46,305 bases of DNA. Source: Chitinophaga pinensis (lineage in GTDB: Bacteria; Bacteroidota; Bacteroidia; Chitinophagales; LD1). The notes beneath the pieces were generated by a model. The model was not told the DNA's origin, did no database searches, and saw nothing but the letters and a program-made list of their open reading frames with translations. Below are positions 1-9,704 of the stretch, in pieces. Made by a program: the position numbers and the translations under genes. Location: positions 1 to 46,305 of the forward strand of contig CAMBIM010000003.1 in assembly GCA_945867505.1 (NCBI GenBank). Direction: 5' to 3'. Numbering within the stretch: position 1 is the stretch's first letter; each line of letters starts with the position of its first letter.

Positions 1-2
1 CG

Positions 3-1340
3 CAATCACTCGGAACGGTTTTTAGCATTATGTTAATTATGCCAAGTTGGGGTGGAATGATAAACGGATTACTCACATTGCGTGGTGCTTGGGATAAAGT
101 TCGTGATGATGTTGTTCTCAAATTTTATGTAGTAGCCGTTACTGCATACGGTATGGCAACTTTCGAAGGACCAATGCTTTCCATCAAATCGGTAAATGCA
201 GTTTCGCACTATACCGATTGGACTATCGCTCACGTGCATATTGGTGCATTGGGATGGAACGGCTTCCTCACATTCGGAATTCTATTTTGGTTAATACCGC
301 AAATGTATCGCACCACACTTTGGTCAAAGAAGTTAGCGAACATTCACTTCTGGCTAGGAACCCTTGGTATTTTATTCTACGCAGTGCCTATGTATTGGGC
401 AGGCTTTGTTCAAAGTTTTATGTGGAAAGAGTTTACTCCTGAAGGCATTTTGAAGTATCCAAACTTCCTAGAAACGGTTACTGCAATTATGCCGCTTTAC
501 ATGACCCGCGCATTTGGTGGTGGACTTTATTTAGTTGGAACACTCGTAGGTATTTTCAATTTGATAAAAACAATGGGTCAGGGAAATTTCTTGGCTAACG
601 AAGATGCTGAAGCACCGGCTCTTGAAAAGAACTACCAAGCACACGGCACCGAACACTGGCATCGCTGGATTGAACGCAGACCTGTGCAATTACTCGTAGT
701 TGCTTTTGTAATGGTGATTATTGGAGGCGTAATTGAGTTGATTCCAACTTTTTTAATTAAGAGTAATATCCCAACTATCGCCAGTGTAAAACCTTACACT
801 CCGCTAGAATTGCAGGGACGTGATTTGTATATCCGCGAAGGATGTTATGTGTGTCACTCACAAATGATTCGACCTTTCCGCAGCGAAGTAGCGCGTTATG
901 GCGAATACTCAAAGGCCGGTGAGTTTGTTTACGACCATCCTTTCCAATGGGGATCTAAACGCACCGGTCCTGATTTGGCTCGTGAAGGAGGAAAGTATCC
1001 GGATAGCTGGCACTTCAATCACATGGACGACCCGCGCACGATGAGCCCTGGTTCAATCATGCCACCATATCCGCACATGCTTGACCATGATTTGAATATT
1101 TCATTAACCGCGGAAAAAATTCGTGCGATGCAAACACTTGGTGTTCCTTATCCAAAAGGCTACGACAAAATAGCCAATGATGATTTAGAGAAACAGGCAT
1201 TGAAGGTTCAGGCAAGTCTAAAAAAAGACGGAATCAATTGCAGCGAGAAAAAAGAAATAATAGCCATGATAGCTTACCTGCAACGCATAGGCACTGATAT
1301 TAAAGCAGAACCCAAAACAGCAGAGGCAGTTATTAAATAA
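3..1340 (+). CDS. ccoNO: cbb3-type cytochrome c oxidase fused subunit I/II (CcoNO), 5'-truncated by window edge
   Basis: Frame is open from the window start (QSLGTVFSIMLIMPSWGG). CcoN heme-ligand motif IAHVHIG is followed by a CcoO domain with CYVCH and WGSKRTGPDL. Confidence 0.97.
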   Translation, partial: QSLGTVFSIMLIMPSWGGMINGLLTLRGAWDKVRDDVVLKFYVVAVTAYGMATFEGPMLSIKSVNAVSHYTDWTIAHVHIGALGWNGFLTFGILFWLIPQMYRTTLWSKKLANIHFWLGTLGILFYAVPMYWAGFVQSFMWKEFTPEGILKYPNFLETVTAIMPLYMTRAFGGGLYLVGTLVGIFNLIKTMGQGNFLANEDAEAPALEKNYQAHGTEHWHRWIERRPVQLLVVAFVMVIIGGVIELIPTFLIKSNIPTIASVKPYTPLELQGRDLYIREGCYVCHSQMIRPFRSEVARYGEYSKAGEFVYDHPFQWGSKRTGPDLAREGGKYPDSWHFNHMDDPRTMSPGSIMPPYPHMLDHDLNISLTAEKIRAMQTLGVPYPKGYDKIANDDLEKQALKVQASLKKDGINCSEKKEIIAMIAYLQRIGTDIKAEPKTAEAVIK

Positions 1341-1358
1341 CAACTAAAACAAAGAGCC

Positions 1359-1523
1359 GTGTTTTCATTTTTCAGAAATTATGCAGCTACCATTGATAGT
1401 GTGGATGTATTTCCCAAAGTAGCCCTCTTCATTTTCGTTTTTGTTTTTGCTGCCATGATTTTAATTGCACTAAAAGCCGACAAAAAATATATCGAGGAAA
1501 TTGAACAGTTACCTCTTCAATAA
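1359..1523 (+). CDS. ccoQ: cbb3 oxidase subunit IV (CcoQ/FixQ), 54 aa; not in the ORF track
   Basis: GTG start. MFSFFRNYAATIDSVDVFPKVALFIFVFVFAAMILIALKADKKYIEEIEQLPLQ*: one TM helix and a C-terminal LPL, lying between ccoNO and ccoP. Confidence 0.9.
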   Translation: MFSFFRNYAATIDSVDVFPKVALFIFVFVFAAMILIALKADKKYIEEIEQLPLQ

Positions 1524-1549
1524 ATTATAAAACCCAAAAACGAATTGTC

Positions 1550-2677
1550 ATGATAAAATCGTTCAAAAATAATCTACTTCTCTGTGCTGCAATTTTTGCC
1601 AGTACAGTTATATGGGCTCAGGATGCTACACCGGTTGCGGTTTCTGTAACAGGCACTCCAAGTTCCGATAATACGCTGCTTTATCTTCTCATCACCGCTT
1701 GTGCGGTAATGTTGCTGGCTGCATTTTTATTAGGAAATGTTTGGGTTAAACTCGCCAAACTTGCTTTTGACAAGCGTGCAGAGAAAGCAGTCACTGTATT
1801 AATTCTGCTTTTAGCCAGCAATTTTCTTTTCGCACAAGATGCTACACCGGTTGCCGATACTTCATTCAAACTTCCTATGCGGTTAGATTTGATTGTCGGA
1901 ATTTCTGTTTTTGCTATTGAAATGATGGTAGTTCTTTGGATGCTGTTGGGCATACGCAACTTGCTTAAAGAGCTTTCACCTGAAGAAAAGGTAGTGACAA
2001 AACCATTTGCTGTTCAACTGCCGCACATCTTCGATAACATCAATGCCAGTGTTCCTATTGAAAAGGAGCGGGATATTCTACTCGATCATAATTACGATGG
2101 CATTCGCGAGTTAGACAATTCACTTCCTCCTTGGTGGAAATACAGTTTTTATCTTTCTATTATATGGGCATTCTTTTATCTCGCATATTACTATGTAGGT
2201 GGAGGGCCGTCAACACATGATGAATATATTGCCGAAATTCAACAGGCAAAAATTGAGGTAGATGCTTACAATAAAAAGAACGCATTGAACGTAGATGAAA
2301 GCAATGTGAAATATGCCGATGCTATAGGGGTTGCCGAGGGCATGGAAATTTTTAAAACCAATTGCATAGCATGCCACGGGAATGTTGGGGAAGGGAATCA
2401 GGTTGGACCTAACCTTACCGATAATTACTGGATACATGGAGGAACAGCAAACGAACTTTTTAAAACCGTGAAATATGGTTGGCCAGCAAAAGGTATGAAG
2501 AGTTGGGAAACTGATTTGAGTGCAGTGCAGATTAAAAATGTAATCAGCTACATCCATTCTATTCGCGGAACTAACCCGGCAAATGCGAAGGCACCACAGG
2601 GAGATTTATTTACCGAATCAGGTATTGCCAAAACTGATTCAACCTTAGTGGTAGCTACAGACACAACGAAAAAATAA
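1550..2677 (+). CDS. ccoP: cbb3 oxidase subunit III (CcoP), mono-heme Bacteroidota type
   Basis: DHNYDGIRELDNSLPPWW FixP N-terminal motif, a single CIACH, GPNLTDNYWIHGG. Confidence 0.95.
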   Translation: MIKSFKNNLLLCAAIFASTVIWAQDATPVAVSVTGTPSSDNTLLYLLITACAVMLLAAFLLGNVWVKLAKLAFDKRAEKAVTVLILLLASNFLFAQDATPVADTSFKLPMRLDLIVGISVFAIEMMVVLWMLLGIRNLLKELSPEEKVVTKPFAVQLPHIFDNINASVPIEKERDILLDHNYDGIRELDNSLPPWWKYSFYLSIIWAFFYLAYYYVGGGPSTHDEYIAEIQQAKIEVDAYNKKNALNVDESNVKYADAIGVAEGMEIFKTNCIACHGNVGEGNQVGPNLTDNYWIHGGTANELFKTVKYGWPAKGMKSWETDLSAVQIKNVISYIHSIRGTNPANAKAPQGDLFTESGIAKTDSTLVVATDTTKK

Positions 2678-4072
2678 GTGAGCGCGCCTAACGAACTTTT
2701 CAGGGATTCTTTTGGCACGATTACTAAAGATGGTAAACGCAACTGGGTTTTTGCAAAAAAGCCGCACGGAAAGTTTTACAATGGCAGAACCATTGTCAGT
2801 ATAGTTTATCTCCTCGTATTCTTTGCCCTGCCTTGGATAAAAATCCATGACGAGCCGCTTTTTCTTTTCAACATGTTTGAGCGCAAGTTCATTTTGTTTG
2901 GAATGATTTTTTGGCCGCAGGATTTTTTCGTGTTCGCATTAGGCATGCTTACGTTTATTGTTTTCGTAGTTCTTTTTACGGTAGTGTTTGGTAGAATTTT
3001 TTGCGGATGGGTTTGTCCGCAGACTATTTTTATGGAAATGGTTTTCCGCAAAATTGAATACTGGATTGATGGTGATGCCGAAAAACAAAAGCGATTAAGT
3101 GCCATGACGTGGAATGGAGAGAAAATTCTTAAACGTGCAGGAAAATTTGTGGCGTTCTTCACTATGTCATTTGTCATCGCCAACTACTTTTTGTCTTATC
3201 TCATTGGAATGGATGACGTGATGCTTTACATGAAGGAGGGAATTGCCGCACACTTGGCCACCTTTATTCCGCTAATCATCTTCACCTGCACTTTCTTTTT
3301 TGTTTACTGGTGGTTTCGCGAGCAAGCTTGTTTAATTGTTTGCCCTTACGGAAGATTACAAGGTGTAATGCTCGATCCGAATTCAATTGTTGTGGCATAC
3401 GATTATGTACGTGGTGAACCCAGAGGGAAAATTAGCAAAGAAGAAACCGAAAAGAAAGGTGATTGCATTGATTGCTTTGACTGCGTTCGTGTTTGTCCTA
3501 CCGGTATTGATATCCGCAACGGCACACAAATGGAGTGCGTAAACTGCACGGCATGTATTGATGCCTGTGATGCTATCATGACTAAAGTGCATCGCGATAC
3601 CGGTTTAATTCGCTACGCTTCTGAAAACAATATTAAGAAAGGCGAGAAGTTGCACATGACCGTGCGCACCGGTGCCTATATAGGTGTGTTGGTTGTTTTG
3701 ATTGGTGTGCTCACCACACTTTTAGCAACCAGAAAAGATATTCAGGCTACTATTATGCGCGCCCAGGGAATATTATATCAAGACCAACCAGGAAACAAAA
3801 TCAGTAACATTTACAACATCAAACTCATTAATAAAACGCGGAAAGATATTCCTGTTCAATTACGGTTGGAAGATGAAGAAAAATTGCACGGCACCATAAA
3901 AATGGTAGGCAAAGACCTGCACGTTCCAAGCGAATGTATTGGTGACGGAGTATTCTTCGTAATTATGGATAAGAGCGAATTGCATCACCGGAAAAATAAT
4001 ATTGAAATTGGAATTTACACAGGCGATAGAAGAATTCAGGTAGTGAAGACAAATTTTGTAGCACCTAACTAA
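2678..4072 (+). CDS. ccoG: cytochrome c oxidase accessory protein CcoG (4Fe-4S cupric reductase)
   Basis: GRIFCGWVCPQT, CLIVCPYGRLQ, CIDCFDCVRVCP and CVNCTACIDAC motifs. Confidence 0.96.
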   Translation: MSAPNELFRDSFGTITKDGKRNWVFAKKPHGKFYNGRTIVSIVYLLVFFALPWIKIHDEPLFLFNMFERKFILFGMIFWPQDFFVFALGMLTFIVFVVLFTVVFGRIFCGWVCPQTIFMEMVFRKIEYWIDGDAEKQKRLSAMTWNGEKILKRAGKFVAFFTMSFVIANYFLSYLIGMDDVMLYMKEGIAAHLATFIPLIIFTCTFFFVYWWFREQACLIVCPYGRLQGVMLDPNSIVVAYDYVRGEPRGKISKEETEKKGDCIDCFDCVRVCPTGIDIRNGTQMECVNCTACIDACDAIMTKVHRDTGLIRYASENNIKKGEKLHMTVRTGAYIGVLVVLIGVLTTLLATRKDIQATIMRAQGILYQDQPGNKISNIYNIKLINKTRKDIPVQLRLEDEEKLHGTIKMVGKDLHVPSECIGDGVFFVIMDKSELHHRKNNIEIGIYTGDRRIQVVKTNFVAPN

Positions 4073-4082
4073 ATAAACGATT

Positions 4083-4529
4083 ATGAAAAATTTAAACTGG
4101 GGCTGGCGGATAGTGATTCTCTACGGAGGGTTTGTGCTAATGATGCTTTTCTTGGTATGGAAAGCAAGTACTGTTAAAGATGATTTAGTATCACCGGATT
4201 ATTACGCTAAAGAGTTAAAATTTCAGGAGCAAGTAGATAAACAAAAAAGAACTCACGCATTGAAAGAGCAACTAAACTGGAATGTAGAAGGCAAAAAAAT
4301 TGCCATTCAGTTTCCAAATGATATGCTTAGCAAAAATGTGAAGGCAGAAATTCTTTTCTACAATGCTTCATCTGCAAAAAGAGATTTTACATTGAGTTGC
4401 TCTCCAGATTCAACCGGCTTATGTCAGGTTAACTCGGATAAACTTCAACACGGTGTTTACGAAATGAAAATTGACTGGAGTGCTGGATGTGTGAGTTACT
4501 ACAACGAAGGCACTATAAATATTCAGTAA
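4083..4529 (+). CDS. ccoH: FixH/CcoH family protein
   Basis: N-terminal NWG plus TM helix, DLVSPDYYAKELKFQ motif, position after ccoG. Confidence 0.88.
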   Translation: MKNLNWGWRIVILYGGFVLMMLFLVWKASTVKDDLVSPDYYAKELKFQEQVDKQKRTHALKEQLNWNVEGKKIAIQFPNDMLSKNVKAEILFYNASSAKRDFTLSCSPDSTGLCQVNSDKLQHGVYEMKIDWSAGCVSYYNEGTINIQ

Positions 4530-5242
4530 TGGAATTCTTAATCGCGGCAATATCACTCGGCTTCCTCGGAAGTTTCCACTGCATAGGCATGTGCGGTCCT
4601 ATTGCTATGGCATTGCCGCTGGGAAGAGAAACTAAATTCAAAAGAGTTACCGGTGGTATAGTTTACAACCTTGGCAGAGTGTTTACGTATGGAGCTTTCG
4701 GCTTGCTCTTTGGTTTACTCGGTAAAGCTTTTGTGGTTGGCGGTTACCAGCAAATTCTATCCATCACTCTTGGTGTAATAATTCTGTTTGGCTTGCTTTT
4801 GCCTTCACGGGCAACATCTTTTTTAGGATTGACGAAAATCATATTGCCAATAGTTACGAAAGTAAAATCTTCGTTGGGTAATTTGTTTAAGCAAAAAAGT
4901 TACGTATCGCTCATTTCTATTGGTGTATTGAACGGATTGCTTCCCTGCGGGTTGGTTTACTTAGGTGTAGCCGGTGCTATTGCCACCGGTGATGCATGGA
5001 AAGGAAGTTTGTTCATGATGGCATTCGGTTTAGGAACTCTACCAGCTATGCTTTTTGTTTCTATGGCATCAAGTGCCATTAGTATTCAATGGAGAAGTAA
5101 AGTAAGAAGAGCAGTGCCGGTGTTTGTAGGAGTAATGGCTTGTGTGTTGATTTTGCGCGGAATGAATTTGGGTATTCCATACGTAAGTCCAGAGTTAAGT
5201 AAAATAGATTGCACGAAACATAATTGCTGTAATAAAAAATAA
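4529..5242 (+). CDS. DsbD_2 / TauE-SafE-like cbb3 biogenesis membrane protein
   Basis: GSFHCIGMCGP, YNLGR, GLLPCGLVY and FGLGTLP motifs. ATG at 4529 overlaps the ccoH stop (TAATG), so it is preferred over the track start at 4487. Confidence 0.9.
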   Translation: MEFLIAAISLGFLGSFHCIGMCGPIAMALPLGRETKFKRVTGGIVYNLGRVFTYGAFGLLFGLLGKAFVVGGYQQILSITLGVIILFGLLLPSRATSFLGLTKIILPIVTKVKSSLGNLFKQKSYVSLISIGVLNGLLPCGLVYLGVAGAIATGDAWKGSLFMMAFGLGTLPAMLFVSMASSAISIQWRSKVRRAVPVFVGVMACVLILRGMNLGIPYVSPELSKIDCTKHNCCNKK

Positions 5243-5246
5243 AGTC

Positions 5247-5672
5247 ATGGAAATTCTAATCACCGACTCAAGAACGATAAGCGAAGTGCAACGCGACTTC
5301 AGCAGGGTGTTTCCTTTTTTGAAACTCGAGTTTTTTGATGCACCATATAAGGAAGAGAAAGCTCTACCTAAATCTAAAATATTTACACATGATAGTAAGC
5401 TTTCGCTGTGCCGTAAAAAGCATATAGATGGTAAACTGGAAGTTGAAAAAGATGAAAAGGTTAAAGATTTAGAAATGCAGCTTTGGAATACTTTTGGGCT
5501 TTCGGCACAGGTGTTTCGTAAGAGCGGAAATCTTTGGATAGAAACTTCTCTTACCGATAGCTGGACGCTTGAACAACAAAACCGCGAAGGATTAGAAATG
5601 AGTAGCGTGCATAAAAATCCTTATACAGAAGCTGAAGAACAGGATTTGACCGACCGCGATAAGTGGGAGTAG
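5247..5672 (+). CDS. hypothetical soluble protein
   Basis: 141-aa ORF tightly packed in the operon; FPFLKLEFF and QVFRKSGNLWIETSLTDSWTL segments; function not recognised. Confidence 0.8.
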   Translation: MEILITDSRTISEVQRDFSRVFPFLKLEFFDAPYKEEKALPKSKIFTHDSKLSLCRKKHIDGKLEVEKDEKVKDLEMQLWNTFGLSAQVFRKSGNLWIETSLTDSWTLEQQNREGLEMSSVHKNPYTEAEEQDLTDRDKWE

Positions 5673-5673
5673 T

Positions 5674-6079
5674 ATGTCAATAGCTTTGAGAATACTTTCA
5701 AACATCCTTCTCCTCTTTAATGGCATTGGTGCATTTTACGGAAGTGTAAAATTTATAACTGACCCAAGCGGAGCAAGTTTGGGAATGACGGTTTCCTTGC
5801 TGGAGCATTCCCCTTTCCCTAATTATTTTAATTCTCGGAATCATTCTCTTGATTGCAAACGGCATCTTGAGTTTTGTTGTTATCGCTCTAATTCTTTTGA
5901 ACGAAAATATTTATCCATTAGCGATAATTGCAGAAGGTTGTATCCTGTTTTTATGGATAGCTATTCAGGTTATTATGCTGCGAAGTGTAGCAGGTTTACA
6001 TATTACACTTTGGACTGTTGTAGTTTTACTAATATTATCTGGAATTGCACTGAACCGAAAGATGCTCCTCAAAAGATAA
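5674..6079 (+). pseudogene. small ~4-TM membrane protein split by a +1 frameshift near 5826-5830
   Basis: The hydrophobic N-half (..DPSGASLGM..HSPFPNY) continues in another frame as (L)ILGIILLIANGILSF.. up to TAA at 6079. Deleting one T from TATTTTAATT restores a single ORF. Confidence 0.75.
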
Positions 6080-6080
6080 C

Positions 6081-6818
6081 ATGACCATCATCTTCGCCTT
6101 ACTAGCTCTTCTTGCCGAGATAATAGGAACGGTAGGCGGGTTTGGGTCATCTTTATTTTTTGTTCCCTTAGCAGGATTGTTTTTTGATTTTAAAACCGTT
6201 CTCGGTATTACAGCCGTATTCCATGTTTTTAGCAACCTAAGCAAACTGATATTGTTCCGCAAAACTATTGACTGGAAACTGTCTTTGCTTTTTGGAATTC
6301 CGAGTGTTGCCTTTGTAATTTTGGGAGCGTGGTTGACCAACAAAATTAATTTCCGGTACGATCAATTATTTCTCGCACTCTTTCTCATTTCATTCAGTGC
6401 ATTGCTGCTCTTGAAGCCCGATTTTAAATTGCAGGCGAATAATCTTACCAGCATAACCGGGGGAAGCTTTGCTGGATTTCTTGCAGGTTTTATTGGCACC
6501 GGTGGAGCAATAAGAGGATTGAGTTTAGCAGCTTATAATTTGGAGAAGAGTTTTTTTGTTGGAACATCGGCAGCCATTGATATGGGCGTTGATTTAAGCA
6601 GAAGCGTAATCTATATCAGCAATGATTACCTGAACCCGAAAGATTATTACCTGCTTCCCATATTGTTTGTTGTGTCTGTTATTGGTTCTTATATCGGCAA
6701 GTTGTTGTTATCTAAAATTAATCAGGAACATTTTCGGAAAATCGTTTTGGGTTTAGTACTAGGTGTTGGCATATTTATGTTCGTGCGTAGCAGTATAGAT
6801 TTAACTAAGAATCTTTGA
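6081..6818 (+). CDS. TauE/SafE (sulfite exporter/TSUP) family membrane protein
   Basis: AEIIGTVGGFGSS and GFLAGFIGTGGAIR repeats, about 8 TM helices. Confidence 0.88.
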   Translation: MTIIFALLALLAEIIGTVGGFGSSLFFVPLAGLFFDFKTVLGITAVFHVFSNLSKLILFRKTIDWKLSLLFGIPSVAFVILGAWLTNKINFRYDQLFLALFLISFSALLLLKPDFKLQANNLTSITGGSFAGFLAGFIGTGGAIRGLSLAAYNLEKSFFVGTSAAIDMGVDLSRSVIYISNDYLNPKDYYLLPILFVVSVIGSYIGKLLLSKINQEHFRKIVLGLVLGVGIFMFVRSSIDLTKNL

Positions 6819-6916
6819 TTTAAATTTTTGTTTGCGCACAGGAGCTAAATTTGGAGGGTATCATCTTCGTGCTCCGATATATGACAATTCCAGAATGTAT
6901 AAATCAAGCTATTCAT

Positions 6917-6981
6917 TGATTATTGTCATTCTTTCATTTGACTTAACTCAGCATGACTTACCGTTTTCTCAAGGATATTTG
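6917..6981 (+). promoter_or_regulatory. tandem Crp/Fnr-type boxes plus -7 promoter element for mlaE
   Basis: TGATTATTGTCA (6917-6928) and TGACTTAACTCA (6939-6950), then GATATTTG (6974-6981), similar to TAnnTTTG. Confidence 0.7.
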
Positions 6982-6993
6982 ACAAAAGAATAA

Positions 6994-7824
6994 GTGGAAA
7001 ATAATCCAGCCGAAACAACTCCTGCTAAAAAACAATCAGAGCCAATTTGGGTTTCTGTTTTACCTGAAGAATTTCGCGATTTTTTAAATGAGGTTGGTGA
7101 AATAGTGCGATTTGTGATGCGGTTTTTTCGCGAGGTTTTTATGCCTCCTTATGAGTTGAAGGAAATCTTTCACCAGTCGTATGAAATTGGTTATCGCTCA
7201 TTGCCGTTGGTGGCTTTAACCGCATTTATTATTGGTTTGGTTCTCACTTTGCAATCGCGCCCCACATTGGCACGTTTTGGTGCTGAATCGTGGTTGCCTG
7301 CTATGGTAGGTATCAGTATTATACGCGAGATAGGTCCTGTAATTGTGGCGTTAGTATGTGCCGGTAAAATTGGTTCTAGTATTGGTGCCGAGTTGGGTTC
7401 AATGAAGGTGACCGAGCAGATAGATGCAATGGAAGTAAGCGGCACCAACCCGTTTAAATATATTGTGGTTTCGCGCATTATCAGCACTACTTTCATGATT
7501 CCTATTTTAGTAATTATGGGTGATGCTGTTGCGTTAATCGGTTCTTTTATTGCCGTTAAACTCACTAGTGCCATTAGCATTACGCTATTCTTTAATCAGG
7601 TATTTGAAAGCACCGATTTCAGCGATTTTATACCTGCGTTTGTCAAAACATTTTTTTTTGGTTTTGCTATTGGTCTGGTAGGTTGTTACAAAGGCTACAA
7701 TTCGAAAAAAGGAACCGAAGGGGTTGGCGAGTCGGCAAATTCATCTGTGGTGATTGCCTCGTTGCTTGTGTTTATTATTGATTTAATAGCTGTTCAAATC
7801 ACCCAATTTTTCGGGTATTTATAA
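6994..7824 (+). CDS. mlaE: MlaE family ABC transporter permease
   Basis: IIREIGPVI, GAELGSMKVTEQIDAMEV and GTEGVGESANSSVV motifs. Confidence 0.95.
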   Translation: MENNPAETTPAKKQSEPIWVSVLPEEFRDFLNEVGEIVRFVMRFFREVFMPPYELKEIFHQSYEIGYRSLPLVALTAFIIGLVLTLQSRPTLARFGAESWLPAMVGISIIREIGPVIVALVCAGKIGSSIGAELGSMKVTEQIDAMEVSGTNPFKYIVVSRIISTTFMIPILVIMGDAVALIGSFIAVKLTSAISITLFFNQVFESTDFSDFIPAFVKTFFFGFAIGLVGCYKGYNSKKGTEGVGESANSSVVIASLLVFIIDLIAVQITQFFGYL

Positions 7825-8603
7825 TGGAAACAATTTCAAGAACCAACACAGAAGCGTTGCCGAAATACGGTGAATCTATTATAGAGATATCAAGCCTTTG
7901 TAAATCATTTGGCGATAATTATGTGCTGAACCAATTTAACCTAACGGTAAGGCGCGGAGAAAATGTGGTGGTGCTGGGCAAATCCGGTTGCGGTAAATCG
8001 GTGTTGATTAAATGTGTGGTGGGTTTGTTGAAATATGAAGAAGGTTCATTACAGGTTTTTGGAAAAGAAATTAATTCGCTAAAACAGAAAGAATTGGATG
8101 AAATGCGAGCGCGAATAGGTTTTGTGTTTCAGAGCAGTGCGCTGTATGATAGTATGACGGTTCGCCAAAATCTGGAATTTGCTTTGCGCAGACATGGCAA
8201 AGGAAAAACCAAACAGGAGGTGGATCAGTTGGTAGAAGAAATGTTGGATAATGTGAGTTTGGCAAATGCCATTAACCTAATGCCTTCTGAACTATCGGGC
8301 GGTATGCGTAAACGAATAGGATTGGCGCGTTCCCTTATTTTAAAACCCGAACTAATGCTTTATGATGAACCAACCACCGGTCTCGATCCTATTACTGCAG
8401 AAGAAATAAGCAATATGATGTTGGCTATGCAACATAAATACAATACTTCAAGCATCATTATTTCTCACGATATGCATTGTGCTCGGCTTACAGCTAACCG
8501 CTTGGCAGTAATGATTGACGGAATAAATTATGCCGAAGGAACTTTTGAAGAATTAAGTAAAATGAATGACCCAAAGGTGAATGCATTTTTCAAAAAACAA
8601 TAA
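7824..8603 (+). CDS. mlaF: MlaF-type ABC transporter ATP-binding protein
   Basis: Walker A GKSGCGKS, FQSSALYDS, LSGGMRKR, YDEPTTGLDP. Confidence 0.94.
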   Translation: METISRTNTEALPKYGESIIEISSLCKSFGDNYVLNQFNLTVRRGENVVVLGKSGCGKSVLIKCVVGLLKYEEGSLQVFGKEINSLKQKELDEMRARIGFVFQSSALYDSMTVRQNLEFALRRHGKGKTKQEVDQLVEEMLDNVSLANAINLMPSELSGGMRKRIGLARSLILKPELMLYDEPTTGLDPITAEEISNMMLAMQHKYNTSSIIISHDMHCARLTANRLAVMIDGINYAEGTFEELSKMNDPKVNAFFKKQ

Positions 8604-8606
8604 ACT

Positions 8607-9569
8607 ATGAACATAGAAACAATAAAGAATATCCGCCTTGGTTTTTTTGTACTTACAGGAACCGCCTTGCTTATTTTGGCCTTGTATTTTATTGGCAGCA
8701 ACAGTAATTTATTCAGTAAAACATTTAAGCTGTATGCAAAATTTGAAACCGTTAATGGACTGAAAAAAGGAAATAATGTACGCTATGGAGGCATTGATGT
8801 AGGCATCATAAAAAATATTGAAATTGTAAACGATACCACTATCCGAGTAGAAATGTCGGTGGAGGCTGACTTAAAAAAAGTGATTAGAAATAACTCAGCT
8901 GCCACCATAGGCACTGACGGATTGATGGGAAATAAACTTATTAATATATCTGCTGGTACGGCTGAGGCGGGTTTAATAAAAGACGGTGAAGAACTGGAAA
9001 GCTTGGCTTCACTAAATACCGATGAGATGCTGCGAACCTTAGATAAAACTAATAGAAACATCCTAGTTATTTCTGCCAACTTGAGAGACATCACCCAGAA
9101 AATTACAGATAGCCGCGGAACGCTTTATACTGTGTTGATGGATACAACTATTGCTGAAGGGTTGCGACATACATTGGGTAACATAGATGTAGTGAGCAAT
9201 AATATTTTGCAAATTTCGGACGACATTAATGATGTGGTATCGGAGGCGAAGAATGGTAAAGGGTTGTTGGGCACTTTGGTAAAAGATACCGTAATGGCTG
9301 AAGACCTTAGCAAAGCTGTTAAGGAGGTACGAACTGCGGGTGAACAAATCAATACTTCGGCCGGTGAGCTTAAAGTGATATTGGAAAAAGTAAATAATGG
9401 CGGAGGCACTCTATCCACTTTAATAAATGATACCACTTCGGCCAATAGTTTAAAACGAAGCCTTATAAATATTGATGCAAGCGCCAAGAAACTGCCCGAC
9501 TTAATGGAAGCGTTAAAGCATAATTTTCTTTTTAAAGGCTACTTTAAAAAGCAAGAAAAAAAGAAGTAG
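8607..9569 (+). CDS. mlaD: MlaD/MCE family substrate-binding protein
   Basis: N-terminal TM, GLKKGNNVRYGGIDVG, TDGLMGNKLINI, long helical C-terminus. Confidence 0.92.
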   Translation: MNIETIKNIRLGFFVLTGTALLILALYFIGSNSNLFSKTFKLYAKFETVNGLKKGNNVRYGGIDVGIIKNIEIVNDTTIRVEMSVEADLKKVIRNNSAATIGTDGLMGNKLINISAGTAEAGLIKDGEELESLASLNTDEMLRTLDKTNRNILVISANLRDITQKITDSRGTLYTVLMDTTIAEGLRHTLGNIDVVSNNILQISDDINDVVSEAKNGKGLLGTLVKDTVMAEDLSKAVKEVRTAGEQINTSAGELKVILEKVNNGGGTLSTLINDTTSANSLKRSLINIDASAKKLPDLMEALKHNFLFKGYFKKQEKKK

Positions 9570-9704
9570 AATAGCCACAACGTTGAGGCATAAAAAAGGG
9601 CAGAGTATCACTAAAGAGTTTTTTTTGTTGCACACGCTTTTCTCGAAAGAAACATATGCCCATTGGGTTAAACAAGATAACCAACGTAGTCTTCTTAAGA
9701 TATA

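Noticed and set aside
4487-4528. Track start extensions (4487; likewise 26136, 30983, 33056)
   Set aside because: They overlap neighbouring genes or promoters; downstream starts fit the family N-termini better.
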